Made by a program: the position numbers and the translations under genes
Part shown: positions 63,441 through 64,000 of the stretch, one piece after another
How positions within the stretch are numbered: the first letter of the stretch is position 1
Layout: each line of letters opens with the position of its first letter
Source: Klebsormidium nitens
Lineage: Eukaryota; Plantae; Klebsormidiophyceae
Direction: 5' to 3'
DNA: 64,000 nucleotides
Assembly (NCBI GenBank): GCA_000708835.1
Contig: DF236975.1
Location: 291,236 to 355,235, forward strand
The notes under the pieces: generated by a model
Seen by the model: only the letters and a program-made list of their open reading frames with translations
What the model was told of the DNA's origin: nothing
Database searches by the model: none

Positions 63441-64000
63441 CTACTTTGGACTAAAAACTTCCTCAATCTGCATATATGGCCTATGACGAATGCCGGACCG
63501 ACGGACCCCGCTAATGAACAAAGCACGCATTGTGCAGATATTCAAGTATTTGACGTTCTTTCACAAGGAAAGCCTTCAGCCCTTCTTCAATGCCTTTGAG
63601 ATTGAATCAAACACTTCGCCATGGCAGCAGCCCTCTGGATCAGCAGAGCAAAGAAGTGAAAGATTCCCCTGTGAGAATTCTACAATTTGAAAAAGCCCCA
63701 TCAGGCGGAACGCACAATTCTGAGATGGCCGAAACGCTGTCACAGCCGTCCGATCTTCACCTAATGAAGCCAGTCTGAGGGTGCACTTGGGCATTAGCTG
63801 CTAGCGACCAGGACCGGACTCTTAAGCTTGGGCCTCCTCCCTTGCGCCGAAGAGGACGAATCGGAGCCGTCAATTTGTTGACGTTGACAGGATGGACGAT
63901 GATGACAGCATGGTCGCTTGTCCCCCAGCCATTTCGAGATTGTGCGTTCCGCCTGCCATGCTTGGGTACGGCCTACATAACGTGATATATGTATGTATAT

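Noticed and set aside
63892-64000. Open frame MDDDDSMVACPP… running off the window end, divergent from XRCC4
   Set aside because: Only 36 codons are visible; it cannot be supported without downstream sequence.

Overview
Eukaryotic, intron-rich genomic DNA. The gene set (plant-type eIF4B, plastid GPX, F-box/Kelch, XRCC4, R2R3-MYB) and style point to a streptophyte green alga such as Klebsormidium; this assignment is inferred, not confirmed. Eight multi-exon genes were reconstructed by hand from GT/AG junctions and reading-frame continuity: (1) a large type-I membrane surface protein with a cadherin-like beta-sandwich, Pro/Gly/Ser stalk and a bacterial SdrD-B-like Ca-loop module (+, ~3896-10954); (2) a plant alpha/beta-hydrolase with GHSKGG (+, 13072-18872); (3) an unknown protein (-, ~20244-23915); (4) eIF4B (+, 25045-30060); (5) R2R3-MYB (-, 32070-~37780); (6) plastid glutathione peroxidase (-, 42975-45310), head-to-head with (7) an F-box/Kelch gene (+, 45968-49738); (8) a secreted GGA(I/L)/FxxN beta-helix repeat protein (-, 51079-~56587). 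XRCC4 (-, 59905-63440) is a ninth. Three genes each carry a single-base frameshift inside a G/C homopolymer, probably a sequencing artefact. The most unusual non-coding signal is a pair of hairpin elements (41613-41827 and 58846-59034) that share an ~89% identical G-rich, telomere-like loop core but have unrelated inverted-repeat arms. A larger foldback element (40101-40685) and a 648-nt assembly gap lie next to the first one. No rRNA, tRNA or CRISPR array was found.
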